Of a DNA stretch of 64,000 nt, positions 44,918 to 54,837 are shown piece after piece. A model generated the notes under the pieces. The model saw only the letters and a program-made list of their open reading frames with translations, was not told the origin of the DNA and searched no databases. Both the position numbers and the translations under genes were made by a program. Location: NCBI GenBank assembly GCA_963781885.1, contig CAWAHW010000004.1:128001-192000 (forward strand), read 5' to 3'. Position 1 is the first letter of the stretch, and each line of letters opens with the position of its first letter. The DNA is from an uncultured Spirochaetota bacterium (GTDB lineage: Bacteria > Spirochaetota > Spirochaetia > SZUA-6 > Fen-1364).

Positions 44918-46098
44918 TCCTTCTGCAGACCAGCATGGTCCTCCGCACCACCGACCCGCGGATGCTCCTTGCCTTCGGGGTGGCCATCGTCGCCCTCACC
45001 ATCTTCCTCGTGGTCGGGGCGATGATCTCCCGCCGCTCGCGGCCGCGCTCCGCCGCGGACATGGAGAAGTACTCCAGCGCCGTCTTCCGCCGCACGGGCA
45101 AGGCCCTCGGCCTCTCCAACCCGCACATCGATCTCCTGGAAAACCTCGTCCGCATCTGCAAGGTGAAGCAGCCGATGCTGATCTTTTCCAGCGCGAGTCT
45201 CCTGGACGACACCCTGAAGAAGGGGCTGTACTCGGTGGACAACCAGCGCGACCTCGCCGAAGAGCAGCGGGAGAACCGCAAGGCCTTGATATTCCAGATC
45301 AAGCAGATCATCGAGCGCAACGCGCGGCGCGGCGCGGTCCTGCGCTCGACGACGTTCCTGAAGCCCGGGCAGCTCCTCTCCCTGAAGCCGGAATCCGGCG
45401 GGCAGTTCTCCAGCAAGGTCATCTCCAACATGAAGGATTTCCTCACCGTCTCCACGCCCGCCCAGCCGACGGGGGTCGACGCGCGGTGGGCGCGCGGCAC
45501 GAAGGTATCCGTGTATTTCTGGCGCGACAACGACGCCGGCTATACCTTCGTCTCCAAGGTGCTGGGCTACGACACGGTGAAGGGCGTCTCCAGCGTGCTG
45601 ATTCAGCATTCCAAGACGCTGCGGCGCGAACAGCGGCGGCGCAGCAGGCGGCGGGAGATCATGCGCGCCTGCTTCTATTACCCCATCAAGATCGTTGAGA
45701 CCGGCCAGGGGAGAAAGGCGGAGCGCAAGGCATCGGTGGAGCAGAACATGCGCACGCTGGGCACCGTCGTGGACCTTTCCGCGGGCGGCTGCGCCATCCA
45801 GGCGATGAGCCCGTTCGACAAGGGCAAGCTCGTGATGGTCGAGTTCGACATCGACAGGAAGGCCCCCATCCGCGCGTTCGGCAAGGTCATGCACATCCAT
45901 CGCCAGAAAGGCCGGGGCGGCATCATGCACGTCATGTTCACGCGCGTCACGCGCCAGTACCTCAACCGCATCAGCGAGTTCGTCTATGACTTCAGCAGGC
46001 CCGCCACCGTCGCCCAGGCGCGGCAGCAGATGGACCGCACGATTCCCGGGCGCGGGAGCGTGCCCACGGGCGGGTCGCGCTTCCCCACCCGCTCGTGA
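44914..46098 (+). CDS. Membrane-anchored PilZ/YcgR-like protein
   Basis: N-terminal TM helix; QRRRSRR and VDLSAGG PilZ motifs. Confidence 0.8.
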   Translation: MILLQTSMVLRTTDPRMLLAFGVAIVALTIFLVVGAMISRRSRPRSAADMEKYSSAVFRRTGKALGLSNPHIDLLENLVRICKVKQPMLIFSSASLLDDTLKKGLYSVDNQRDLAEEQRENRKALIFQIKQIIERNARRGAVLRSTTFLKPGQLLSLKPESGGQFSSKVISNMKDFLTVSTPAQPTGVDARWARGTKVSVYFWRDNDAGYTFVSKVLGYDTVKGVSSVLIQHSKTLRREQRRRSRRREIMRACFYYPIKIVETGQGRKAERKASVEQNMRTLGTVVDLSAGGCAIQAMSPFDKGKLVMVEFDIDRKAPIRAFGKVMHIHRQKGRGGIMHVMFTRVTRQYLNRISEFVYDFSRPATVAQARQQMDRTIPGRGSVPTGGSRFPTRS

Positions 46099-46171
46099 CG
46101 CGGCGGCAGGCCCCGCCCATGCCCCCGCGTTGACCCTCACCATTCTTTGCACTACGCTGACACCCGTGAGC

Positions 46172-46666
46172 GTGAATGCCCCTGAGCGCAGCGGCTGCTC
46201 CCAAGGTTCCGGGCGGGGCTGGCCGCACCTGTTTCACAGCGCGAGCGCCGCAGAGACCATGGAAGCCGGCGAGCGCCTGGGCGCGCTCATGGCAAAGGAG
46301 TATCCCGACGGCGTCGCGGCGCTGCTCGTCGGCCCGCTTGGCGCGGGCAAGACGGTGATGGCAAAGGGCATCGCGAAGGGCCTTGGCGTCCAGGATCCCG
46401 TCATCAGCCCCACGTACACCATCATCTCGGAGTACCGCGGCAGTGCCGGCACGCTCCACCACGTCGATCTCTACCGCATCGAGGGCCGCGAGCAGATGGA
46501 GAATCTCGGACTGGAGGACATCCTCAGCGGCGGCGGCTACGTGATCGTGGAGTGGGGGGAGAAGCTCCTGCCCACGCTCCCCGTCCCGACGCCGTACCTC
46601 AGGGTCACGTTGTCGATGGTGACAAGCGATCAGCGCGAGATCCGCACGGAAGAGGTCTCGGCATGA
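46172..46666 (+). CDS. tsaE: tRNA t6A biosynthesis ATPase TsaE
   Basis: GPLGAGKT, SPTYTI, HVDLYRI, VEWGE; start uncertain. Confidence 0.9.
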   Translation: MNAPERSGCSQGSGRGWPHLFHSASAAETMEAGERLGALMAKEYPDGVAALLVGPLGAGKTVMAKGIAKGLGVQDPVISPTYTIISEYRGSAGTLHHVDLYRIEGREQMENLGLEDILSGGGYVIVEWGEKLLPTLPVPTPYLRVTLSMVTSDQREIRTEEVSA

Positions 46667-47325
46667 ACGTGCTGGCCATCGACACCGCAACCGAGGTGCT
46701 CGCTTTGAGTGCGCTCCGCGGAGAGACGTGGGCGACGCTCAGCGTGAATCGGGGTCTCCAGCATTCACCTGCCCTCCTGCCGCAGGCGGAGGCCCTTCTG
46801 GGACACCTGGGCATGACGGCCGCGGACCTCCAGCTCATCGTCTGCTCGCTCGGGCCGGGATCCTTTACCGGCATACGCATCGGATTGGCCACGGCAATGG
46901 GAATCGGCGAGGCGCGGGCCATCCCGGTCATCGGCGTATCGACGCTGGACGCCATTGCCCTGCCATGGGCCGGGCGCGACGGGGACATCCTCCCCGTGAT
47001 CGACGCGCGCAAGGGCCGCATCTACACGGCGTTGTACCGGGCGGGGGTCCGCGAAGGGGACTACCGCGACATTTCGCCCGAAGAGCTCGGTGCCGTGATT
47101 GCCGGCGCACGCGCCCCCCTGCTTGCCGGTCCTGACGCGCTGCGCATCCGCGCCCTCCTGCCGGCCGCCTGGCAGGCCATGCCTGCGGTGGACTTCCTCG
47201 ATCCACGCGGCCTCCTCCGCCTGGGCATGGAGGCGTACCGCGTCAAGGGCGCGGGGGATGGAGTTCTCCAGCCGCTCTACCTGCGAAAGAGTGAAGCAGA
47301 GCTGATGTTCGGAAAAAACAAATGA
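46663..47325 (+). CDS. tsaB: tRNA t6A biosynthesis protein TsaB
   Basis: LAIDTAT, GPGSFTGIRIG, IDARKG, P.YLRKSEAE. Confidence 0.92.
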   Translation: MNVLAIDTATEVLALSALRGETWATLSVNRGLQHSPALLPQAEALLGHLGMTAADLQLIVCSLGPGSFTGIRIGLATAMGIGEARAIPVIGVSTLDAIALPWAGRDGDILPVIDARKGRIYTALYRAGVREGDYRDISPEELGAVIAGARAPLLAGPDALRIRALLPAAWQAMPAVDFLDPRGLLRLGMEAYRVKGAGDGVLQPLYLRKSEAELMFGKNK

Positions 47326-48464
47326 GTGACACGCAGAAGGACAAGGGCAAAGAGGCGCCCGCAACGCCGCTCGGAGCGGAGCCGGTCGAGGAAGCCGAAG
47401 AGGTCGTCGAGGCGGGCGTCGATCTGCAGGAGCTGGAAACGCTCGATCTCGAACAGGAGGCGCCCGCCGCCGCGGAGCGGAACGACCTCGCAGAGTTCGC
47501 CGTCTGGAAGAGCTGCCATTTGAACGAGACGATTCCCGGCCTCTACCTGGACCGCAGCCTGCGCATCCTCGAGGCGAACGCGAGCTTCTGCAATATGTTC
47601 GGCTGCGAACCCAAGGTCGCCGGCGTCTACTTCACCCAGTTCTTCGCGCCGTCATTCAATGAGGCGAAGAGCGCGGAGCTTTTCCGCGCCGTCCTCTCGC
47701 CCGCGACCGGCTACGAATGGCGCGGCAAGGTCGAAAAGATCGGCATGGACCAGCTCCTCACGGTTTCCAAGGTCTGGATCATGCCGATGAATGTCCCTCC
47801 GGGCTCGCCGCCGCGCTCCTACAGCGCCGTCTGCCTCGACATGACCGACGAGCACCGCCAGCTCCTGCAGAGCACGTTCACGAGCCTGCTGGGCGCGGCG
47901 AGGCTCAAGGACAACGACACCGGCAACCACATCGAGCGGGTCAACCGCTACGCCCGCGTGCTGGCGCAGGACCTGCTCGCGCAGGGGATGCCGGGCGTCG
48001 ACCGCGAGTTCGTGGAGAGCATCGGGCTGGTGGCGGCCCTGCACGACGTCGGCAAGATCGGGACGCCGGACGATATCCTCAACAAGGCGGGCCAGCTCGA
48101 GGCATGGGAGTGGGACGTGATGAAGCAGCACACGACCAACGGTGCCTACATCCTCTCCACGTATCCCAACCCCATGGCCCGGGAAATCGCGCTGCGCCAC
48201 CACGAGCGCTGGGACGGGACGGGCTACCCGCACGGTCTCAGCCAGGACCTCATTCCCCTTGCGGCGCGCATCGTGGCGGTCGCGGACGTCTACGACGCTC
48301 TGCGTATGCGCCGCACGTACAAGGACCCTTACACGCACGAAGCAGCGGTGAAGAACATGACGGGGGAGCGAGGAACGCATTTCGATGCTGCGCTGGTCGA
48401 CCGATTCCTGGCCATATCGGACAGTTTCCAGGCTATTTTCAGCGATCTCGCGGACGCGCAGTAG
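47322..48464 (+). CDS. PAS + HD-GYP phosphodiesterase
   Basis: TGNHIERV, LHDVGKIG, HHERWDGTGYP, ADVYDAL; PAS-like N-terminus. Confidence 0.88.
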   Translation: MSDTQKDKGKEAPATPLGAEPVEEAEEVVEAGVDLQELETLDLEQEAPAAAERNDLAEFAVWKSCHLNETIPGLYLDRSLRILEANASFCNMFGCEPKVAGVYFTQFFAPSFNEAKSAELFRAVLSPATGYEWRGKVEKIGMDQLLTVSKVWIMPMNVPPGSPPRSYSAVCLDMTDEHRQLLQSTFTSLLGAARLKDNDTGNHIERVNRYARVLAQDLLAQGMPGVDREFVESIGLVAALHDVGKIGTPDDILNKAGQLEAWEWDVMKQHTTNGAYILSTYPNPMAREIALRHHERWDGTGYPHGLSQDLIPLAARIVAVADVYDALRMRRTYKDPYTHEAAVKNMTGERGTHFDAALVDRFLAISDSFQAIFSDLADAQ

Positions 48465-48570
48465 CGTAATGCCACGGATTACCGTGGCCGGCGTAATGCC
48501 ACGCTCGGCCTTTCGGGCGTCCCTGCCTCGGCCGAGCTCGCCGTCCCTGGCTATGGACTACCGTGGCCGG
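48465..48570 (+). repeat. REP-like pair; the second unit is interrupted by a ~52-bp insert
   Basis: CGTAAT-GCCACGG-ATTA-CCGTGGC-CGG, then CGTAATGCCACG[insert]GACTACCGTGGCCGG. Confidence 0.6.
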
Positions 48571-48848
48571 GACGGGGGCAAATCGCCAGAACCGCCAGGA
48601 GCGGGCGGCGCGCCGGGGGCCGCCGGCGGGAGAAGGCCTTCAAGCCGGGGAATATCCTGGGGTGCCGCCGCGGCAGCCGCGCGGTTCTCCTCCTGGATCG
48701 CGACGTAGACTTCCTTGCGATACACCTTGACCTGCGGCGGCGCCTTGATCCCCATCTTCACCTGGTCGCCCTTGATGTCGACGACGGAGATCTCCACCTG
48801 GTCGCCGATCATGATGCTTTCGCCGATGCGGCGGGCAAGAATCAGCAT
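48558..48848 (-). CDS. csrA: Carbon storage regulator CsrA
   Basis: [16 protein letters not shown]...GIKAP..V.VYRKEVY..IQEEN. Confidence 0.95.
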   Translation of the reverse strand: MLILARRIGESIMIGDQVEISVVDIKGDQVKMGIKAPPQVKVYRKEVYVAIQEENRAAAAAAPQDIPRLEGLLPPAAPGAPPAPGGSGDLPPSRPR

Positions 48849-49294
48849 GCGGCTCCCTGGCGCGCCGCCGCGAGCTCATCCTGGATGACGTGGCGCACGC
48901 CCCAGCGCGGGTTGATGCTGATGTACTGCCGCCCGACGTGCGTCGCGCGGTTGAGGATGAGGGGTCCCTGGAGATTCGCCGTCATGCGCTGCGCGGTCGC
49001 CGGAATGGTGACGATGGCGAAGACAAGCGCATCGTCCGGCGCGGCAAGGGCGAGCTCTTCCAGCTCCGCCGGATCCACGTCGGGGGTATAGTCCGGGCGG
49101 AAAAAGCGAGGGTCGATGAGGACAAAGGCCACCTCGACGCGCTCCAACGACTGCAGCCAGTAGAAGGGCTGCTGGGCGGCGTCCAGGAGCGCAAAATCGC
49201 GGAGGCTCTCGAATCCGAACAGCCCGCGGGGGAAATCGATCCGCTGGCGGTCCTCGATTTCGATCTCTCCATAGGGTTTCGTGCGTACTTTCAT
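48842..49294 (-). CDS. fliW: Flagellar assembly factor FliW
   Basis: [22 protein letters not shown]. Confidence 0.92.
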   Translation of the reverse strand: MKVRTKPYGEIEIEDRQRIDFPRGLFGFESLRDFALLDAAQQPFYWLQSLERVEVAFVLIDPRFFRPDYTPDVDPAELEELALAAPDDALVFAIVTIPATAQRMTANLQGPLILNRATHVGRQYISINPRWGVRHVIQDELAAARQGAAC

Positions 49295-49296
49295 AC

Positions 49297-50547
49297 CTAC
49301 CTCAGGAAGTCCAGAAGCTTCGGCCTGTTCAGCACGCGCGCGGTGGCCGACAGCGCCGCCTCGTGCGTCGTCTCCAGCGTCCGCAGCTGCGTGATGGCGT
49401 CCGCCATGTCCAGGTCCCGCTCCTGCGAATCGAAGCGCACCATCTCGGGCTGCTGGTACTCCAACCGCCGCGACACGGCCTCCAGGCGCGAGTCGCGCGC
49501 GCCGATGGCGCCGATCACGCCCGCGAGATTCGAGAGGGCATTGTCGATGCCGCGGAGACCCGCCCCGCCGACCTTTTCCGTCGATCCCTCGTAGAGATCG
49601 TTGCGGAGACTGATCACCATGTCGAACATCGATCCGCCGAACACGCGCGCGCTGGAGGAGACATTGAGCGGCGGTCGATTCGCGCCCGGGGCAATGATGC
49701 CGAGGTCCTGCAGCACGGTGCCCCCGCCCAGGTCCTCCGCCCAGATCTGGTGCGGGATGGTGGTCTGGAGCACGAGGGCGTTGGTGACCGTGTCCACGGT
49801 CGCCTTGAGGGGCGCGTTGGCATCATTGATCTTCGCCGCGATGGCAGAAACCGTGTCGCCCGGCGAAAGGCGTATCGCCGCGCCGTCCACCCGGATGTCC
49901 GATGCGGTCTGCACGCGGTACTGGCTTGCATCCACGGTGGAGTAGATCTGCTGCTGCTCGGCCCAGAAGGCGATGTTGCCGGGAATGTTCACGCCCACCT
50001 TCGAGCCTTCCGATACCTCCGCGCCGCTCGTGCCGATGTTGCCAAGGTAGTCCACCGAAACAACCATGTCGCCGCTTCCGCCGGGCACCCTTCCGTCCGT
50101 CGTGCGGAATGGCGTGGTCTTTGCAAGCGTTCCCGCAAAGAGCGAGTTGCCGCTCTGGTCCTTCGCATTGGCGATCGTGAGAAGCTCGTCGAGCAGTTGA
50201 TTCACCTCGTCTCCAATGTAGCCCATCTGGGTGGCGTCGAGGGTGCCATTGGCGCCCTGCACGGCGAGCTCCCGGATGCGCTGGAGGATGTCCATGCCGC
50301 TGCGGAGATTTCCTTCCGCGCTGGAAAGTGTGTTGCGCACGCTTTCGATGTTCTTGTCGTAGCGGAGCATGCGCGCGGATTCCGACTGGAAGCGCGTGGA
50401 GCGCGCGGCAGCCAGCGGATCGTCGCGGAGGTCCTTGATCCTCGACTGCGCCCCCATCTTGTTCGACATCTGGTTCATGTCGAACTCCCGGAGCGTCATA
50501 TAGTAGTTGCTGTCGTAGGTCGGCAGCTGTGAGCTGATTCTTTTCAT
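49297..50547 (-). CDS. flgL: Hook-associated protein 3 FlgL
   Basis: LRDDPLAAA, RELAVQGANG, LLDFLR C-terminus; downstream of flgK. Confidence 0.9.
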   Translation of the reverse strand: MKRISSQLPTYDSNYYMTLREFDMNQMSNKMGAQSRIKDLRDDPLAAARSTRFQSESARMLRYDKNIESVRNTLSSAEGNLRSGMDILQRIRELAVQGANGTLDATQMGYIGDEVNQLLDELLTIANAKDQSGNSLFAGTLAKTTPFRTTDGRVPGGSGDMVVSVDYLGNIGTSGAEVSEGSKVGVNIPGNIAFWAEQQQIYSTVDASQYRVQTASDIRVDGAAIRLSPGDTVSAIAAKINDANAPLKATVDTVTNALVLQTTIPHQIWAEDLGGGTVLQDLGIIAPGANRPPLNVSSSARVFGGSMFDMVISLRNDLYEGSTEKVGGAGLRGIDNALSNLAGVIGAIGARDSRLEAVSRRLEYQQPEMVRFDSQERDLDMADAITQLRTLETTHEAALSATARVLNRPKLLDFLR

Positions 50548-50561
50548 GTCTTCTCCTCTCC

Positions 50562-52445
50562 TCAGACGCCCATTCTGTTGATGATGGTGTCGAGGAGCCC
50601 ATTGAACGTCGTGACGAAGCGCGCGATGGCCGCATAGCCGTTCTGGTACGTGAGCATGGTGGTGAGCTCCTCGTCCACGTTCACGCCAGAAATGGACTCG
50701 CGAAGGTCCGTGAGGTCCTTCATCACGAGCTTCGTGGTGTCGAGGCTGCGGTTGGCCTCCTCGCCCTTCAGACCGATGCCGGCGACCCGGTCGGCGAAGT
50801 AGCTGTCGAACGTGGAGGTTGCGCCGACCATGACGGGTGTCGTGCGAAGCTGCGCGATGGCAAGCGCGGCGGTCCCGTCACCCACGCCGTCGGAAACGCC
50901 GTCCGCGCCGGATGCCGCGGCGATGGAGCCCGGGTTCTGCTGAAGCACGGGGTTCACCTCGATCCAGCCCGCCGGGTGATTCAGGGGCGCAACGGCGAAA
51001 TCCGCACCTGCCGGGGTCCGCAGGGTCTGCACGGCGTTCGGCGTCCGCCAGGTATAGGCACCGGCGGCGCCCGACGCGTTGAGGATGCCGCTGTAGCCGA
51101 CCAGGAACTGGCCGGAGTCCTCCAGGCCTCGGATGACGAAATCTGGATTCGCCTTGTCGGCCGCCGGGGTCGCCTTCAGGGAGAGCTTGCCCTCAGCGTT
51201 CAGGCGGGCCACCACTTCGGCGCCGGAAAGGTTGATGCGCGTGATGAGGTCTTCCACGGTGTCGGTGGGCCGATAATCCACCTTCACGTCGCCCTGCTGA
51301 CCGGGAAGGGTGATCGTGCCGGCAAGCCCGATCTGCTCCTTCGCCTTCAGGACGTTGCTGCCCGTGATCCGGAACACCCAGGTGGAGTCGATGACGCCAT
51401 CGCCCTTGGAATCGTAGTTGCCCGACACGTTGGTGACGAAGGGCCTCTGCACGAAAAAGTCGCCGCCCTTCTGGCCGTCCAGGCCGTAGCCCTGGCGATG
51501 CACCTCGTTCACCAGATCGGTGAAGTTCACCGCCAGGAGGTCGAGGCTCTGTATCTCCTGCCGGGCATCCCCGTCGCGAAGCTCCAGGAGGGAAGCAAGG
51601 CGTCCGCCGCGGACACCCACGGGCTGGCGCGTATCGTCCCAGACGGGAATGGAGTAGCCCTCATCCGTCTTGTCCGCCTGCAGCGCGATCTCTTCGTGAT
51701 GGCCGCCCTGCACGAGGTGGGTGCCGCCGGTGGCAATAACGAACTCACCCGCGGGATCGTTGTAACGGACCGAGATATCCACGAGCGTGGAGAGCTGGCT
51801 CACCAGGAGATCGCGACGGTCCAGCAGGTCATTTGGGTTGTCCCCGAGCGCCTGCGACTTCACGATCTCCTTGTTCAAGTCCGCGATCTGTCCCGTGATG
51901 TCGTTGACCTGCTTCACCGTGCCCTGCACGTCGCCTTCCACCATGTCGCGTATCGACCTCAGGCTCTGGTAGCGGGCGCGTATCCCATCCACCAGGGCGC
52001 CTCCTTTTTCCAGGACCGAGTTGCGGGAGGCCAGCTCCGTGGGGTTCAGGGAAAGGTCCTGCCAGGAGCTCCAGAACTGGTCCATCAGGGTGCGGACGGA
52101 ATGCTCGGTGGGCTCGTTGTAGACCTGCTCCATCATGAGCACGTACTTGTCGCGGGAATCCCAGTAGCCCTGCACGTTCTGCTCGGAGACGATCCGTCCC
52201 TCCAGGAGCATGTCCTTGACGCGCTCGATGCGCGTCACGTCCACGCCCTGGCCGATCTGGCCGGGGGTCTCCTCCCGGTTCAGCTCGGGGGCATAGAGGG
52301 GCGACGTGGCGGCCATTTCCACGCGCTGCCGACTGTAGCCTTCCACCCCCGCGTTTGACATGTTGTGGCCGACGGTCTGCAGCCCCTCCGTGGTGGCGAT
52401 CAGCCCGCGCTTTCCCATCTCGATGGGGCCGAATGTGGATTGCAC
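50562..52445 (-). CDS. flgK: Hook-associated protein 1 FlgK
   Basis: GHNMSNA..EGYSRQRV, NDLLDRRD, SGVNVDEE. Confidence 0.93.
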   Translation of the reverse strand: MQSTFGPIEMGKRGLIATTEGLQTVGHNMSNAGVEGYSRQRVEMAATSPLYAPELNREETPGQIGQGVDVTRIERVKDMLLEGRIVSEQNVQGYWDSRDKYVLMMEQVYNEPTEHSVRTLMDQFWSSWQDLSLNPTELASRNSVLEKGGALVDGIRARYQSLRSIRDMVEGDVQGTVKQVNDITGQIADLNKEIVKSQALGDNPNDLLDRRDLLVSQLSTLVDISVRYNDPAGEFVIATGGTHLVQGGHHEEIALQADKTDEGYSIPVWDDTRQPVGVRGGRLASLLELRDGDARQEIQSLDLLAVNFTDLVNEVHRQGYGLDGQKGGDFFVQRPFVTNVSGNYDSKGDGVIDSTWVFRITGSNVLKAKEQIGLAGTITLPGQQGDVKVDYRPTDTVEDLITRINLSGAEVVARLNAEGKLSLKATPAADKANPDFVIRGLEDSGQFLVGYSGILNASGAAGAYTWRTPNAVQTLRTPAGADFAVAPLNHPAGWIEVNPVLQQNPGSIAAASGADGVSDGVGDGTAALAIAQLRTTPVMVGATSTFDSYFADRVAGIGLKGEEANRSLDTTKLVMKDLTDLRESISGVNVDEELTTMLTYQNGYAAIARFVTTFNGLLDTIINRMGV

Positions 52446-52454
52446 GACTTCCTC

Positions 52455-52958
52455 CTACAGCTTGCGGTCGACCAGGACGGCCCCGCTCACACCCGTCGGC
52501 CTGCCCTTGCGCGAATAGATCTTGCCCTTGCGGTAGGGGAAAACCTCTTCCAGGTACTTGTTGAGGGCATCGGCAAGGGTCTCCGCGGAATAGCGCAGCC
52601 GTCCCGTGGCGGTCTTCAGGCGCAGCACCGACATCCTCAAGGTCCGCCAGCTCTCTTCGAGCCCGGCGCGAAGGTCCTCATCGAGGTGAGGCAGGATGCC
52701 CGACATCGTCGTTTCCTGCGGCACGGCGAGCGACTCCCGCAGCGACGCGAACTGCTCGTCGCGCGCGGCATCCGCGTCCTCGATGGTCCGTGCGAAACGC
52801 CCGATGCTTTCCGTGATCGCCAGGCTGGGGCCCCAGTCCTTCTTGTGGAAGGATTCCCGCAGGTGCTCCACCTCGCGCGAAAGCTCGGCAAAAAGCTCCG
52901 CCTCCCGGTCCATGCGGTCCTTCAGGGTCCGCGCGAGGGCGTTCGTCGGCTCATCCAT
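52455..52958 (-). CDS. flgN: FlgN-like flagellar export chaperone
   Basis: Helical ORF upstream of flgK ending YSRKG...VLVDRKL; candidate sigma28 site TCAT-N15-ACCGACAT at 53018-52992. Confidence 0.65.
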   Translation of the reverse strand: MDEPTNALARTLKDRMDREAELFAELSREVEHLRESFHKKDWGPSLAITESIGRFARTIEDADAARDEQFASLRESLAVPQETTMSGILPHLDEDLRAGLEESWRTLRMSVLRLKTATGRLRYSAETLADALNKYLEEVFPYRKGKIYSRKGRPTGVSGAVLVDRKL

Positions 52959-53053
52959 CTTCCCTGCTCCTCTTCTTCGTTCCTTCCATCAATGTCGGTA
53001 GAACTTTTCTTCCCATGAGAGCGTCAATCTGCTATCTTCTGTTCGGAGGATTT

Positions 53054-53995
53054 ATGACCACGGATCGCGACCTGATCATCATCGGAGCCGGCGGGGCGGG
53101 CCTGTCTGCGGCGCAGTACGGGGCCCGGGGGAACCTCCGCACGCTCGTGCTGGACGAATTGGCATCGGGAGGCCAGGCGCTTCTCATCGAAGGGCTGGAG
53201 AACTACCCGGGATTTCCCGAGCCCATCAGCGGCTACGATTTTACCCAGAAAATGGAAGATCAGGCCCGGCGCTTCGGCGCCGAGTTCGAAAATGCGGCTG
53301 TTCTTTCCCTCACGACAAACGGTCACGTGTTCACCGTGGAGACGGACAAGGGCCCCTTGACCTCCACGGCGGTGATCCTTGCAACGGGCGCCGTGCATCG
53401 CAGCCTCGGCGTGCCAGGTGAGGCGGAGCTTGCCGGTCACGGGGTCTCCTACTGCGCCACCTGCGACGGCCCGTTTTTCAAGGCAAAGCGCATGCTCGTC
53501 GTCGGTGGTGGGGACGCGGCCTGTGATGAGGCGATGTACCTCTCCCACCTCGCCTCCGGCGTCCTCATGATTCACCGCAAGGAGAAGTTCCGCGCGCAGA
53601 AATCGCTTGCCGCACGGGTGCTCGCCAACCCCAAGATCGAGGTGCGCTTCAACACCGAGCTGCAGAGGATCGAGGGGGCGCCCAAGGTCTCCCGGGTGCA
53701 ACTCTTCAACAACGCGACGAACAAGGGGTGCGCGGAGGACGTGGCAGCGGTGTTCATCTTCATCGGCTCCGACCCCAAGAGCAGCCTCGCGGTGCCGCTG
53801 GGCGTGACGATCGACGACGTCGGCTACATCGAGACCAACCAGCGCATGGAGACCGGCGTGCCCGGCTTCTACGCCGTCGGCGACGTGCGCGCAAGCCCCT
53901 TCCGGCAGCTCGTGGTGGCGGCAGCGGAGGGCGCTATTGCGGCGCACGCGGCCGGACAGTACATCGACGAGCTGAAGGGGGAACAGTACAATTGA
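53054..53995 (+). CDS. trxB: Thioredoxin reductase
   Basis: GAGGAG, ENYPGF, SYCATCDG, GGGDAA. Confidence 0.93.
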   Translation: MTTDRDLIIIGAGGAGLSAAQYGARGNLRTLVLDELASGGQALLIEGLENYPGFPEPISGYDFTQKMEDQARRFGAEFENAAVLSLTTNGHVFTVETDKGPLTSTAVILATGAVHRSLGVPGEAELAGHGVSYCATCDGPFFKAKRMLVVGGGDAACDEAMYLSHLASGVLMIHRKEKFRAQKSLAARVLANPKIEVRFNTELQRIEGAPKVSRVQLFNNATNKGCAEDVAAVFIFIGSDPKSSLAVPLGVTIDDVGYIETNQRMETGVPGFYAVGDVRASPFRQLVVAAAEGAIAAHAAGQYIDELKGEQYN

Positions 53996-54837
53996 GCTCC
54001 GTCTCCGGTCCCGGACGGAGAGAACCCGACGCGGTTGTCAGCCGCGACGCGAAATTCCGTCTCATCATTCACCCGCGCATGGAAGGACGTTTGGACATGG
54101 CCGTGGACGAGGCGCTTGCGGAGGCCGTGGGCAACGGCGAAAGTCCGCCCGTGGTGCGTCTGTACGGCTTCTCGCCGGCCACGCTTTCCCTGGGCCGGTT
54201 CCAGCGCGTGAAGGGGCTCGTGGCGGATGAGCGGCTTTTGGCGGACGGGGTCACGCTGGTTCGACGCCCCACGGGCGGGCACGCGGTGCTCCACGACGCG
54301 GAGCTTACCTACTCCGTCGCGCTGCCGAAGGCTGAAAGCGGAGCGCTCGCGCGCGGCGTGCGCAAGCGCGATGTCTACATGTTCATCGCGCGGATTCTCG
54401 TCCGCGGCCTGGCCAACCTGGGGATCGCCGGCACGATCAACGCGGCGCAGCAGGGCGACATCCACAACCCGGATTGCTTCGGCTCCGCGGGGGAGTTCGA
54501 GATCGCGGGCAGGGCCGGCCGCAAGCTGATCGGCAGCGCGCAGATGACGACCCGCAGCGCGGTGCTCCAGCATGGCTCGATACCGCTGGAGAACCCCGGG
54601 CTCAGAGTGTTCCGCTATCTGCGGGTCGCGCAGCCGGATGACGCGCACCCGCCCACGTGCATCAACGAGGAGGCAGGACGCGCGGTCAGCTTCGAAGAGC
54701 TTCGGGATGCTTTTGCCCGCGCATTTCGGGAAGAGATCGGAGCGAAGGACTCGACGCTTCTGCCCGCGGAATCCGCCGCCGCGGACCGCATCCTCGCGGC
54801 AAAGTACAGCCGCGAGGATTGGAATCTTTCACGTTGA
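53992..54837 (+). CDS. Lipoate-protein ligase A / LipM-family protein
   Basis: MAVDEAL, LSLGRFQ, VRRPTGGHAVLH, KLIGSAQ, LQHGSI. Confidence 0.85.
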   Translation: MSSVSGPGRREPDAVVSRDAKFRLIIHPRMEGRLDMAVDEALAEAVGNGESPPVVRLYGFSPATLSLGRFQRVKGLVADERLLADGVTLVRRPTGGHAVLHDAELTYSVALPKAESGALARGVRKRDVYMFIARILVRGLANLGIAGTINAAQQGDIHNPDCFGSAGEFEIAGRAGRKLIGSAQMTTRSAVLQHGSIPLENPGLRVFRYLRVAQPDDAHPPTCINEEAGRAVSFEELRDAFARAFREEIGAKDSTLLPAESAAADRILAAKYSREDWNLSR

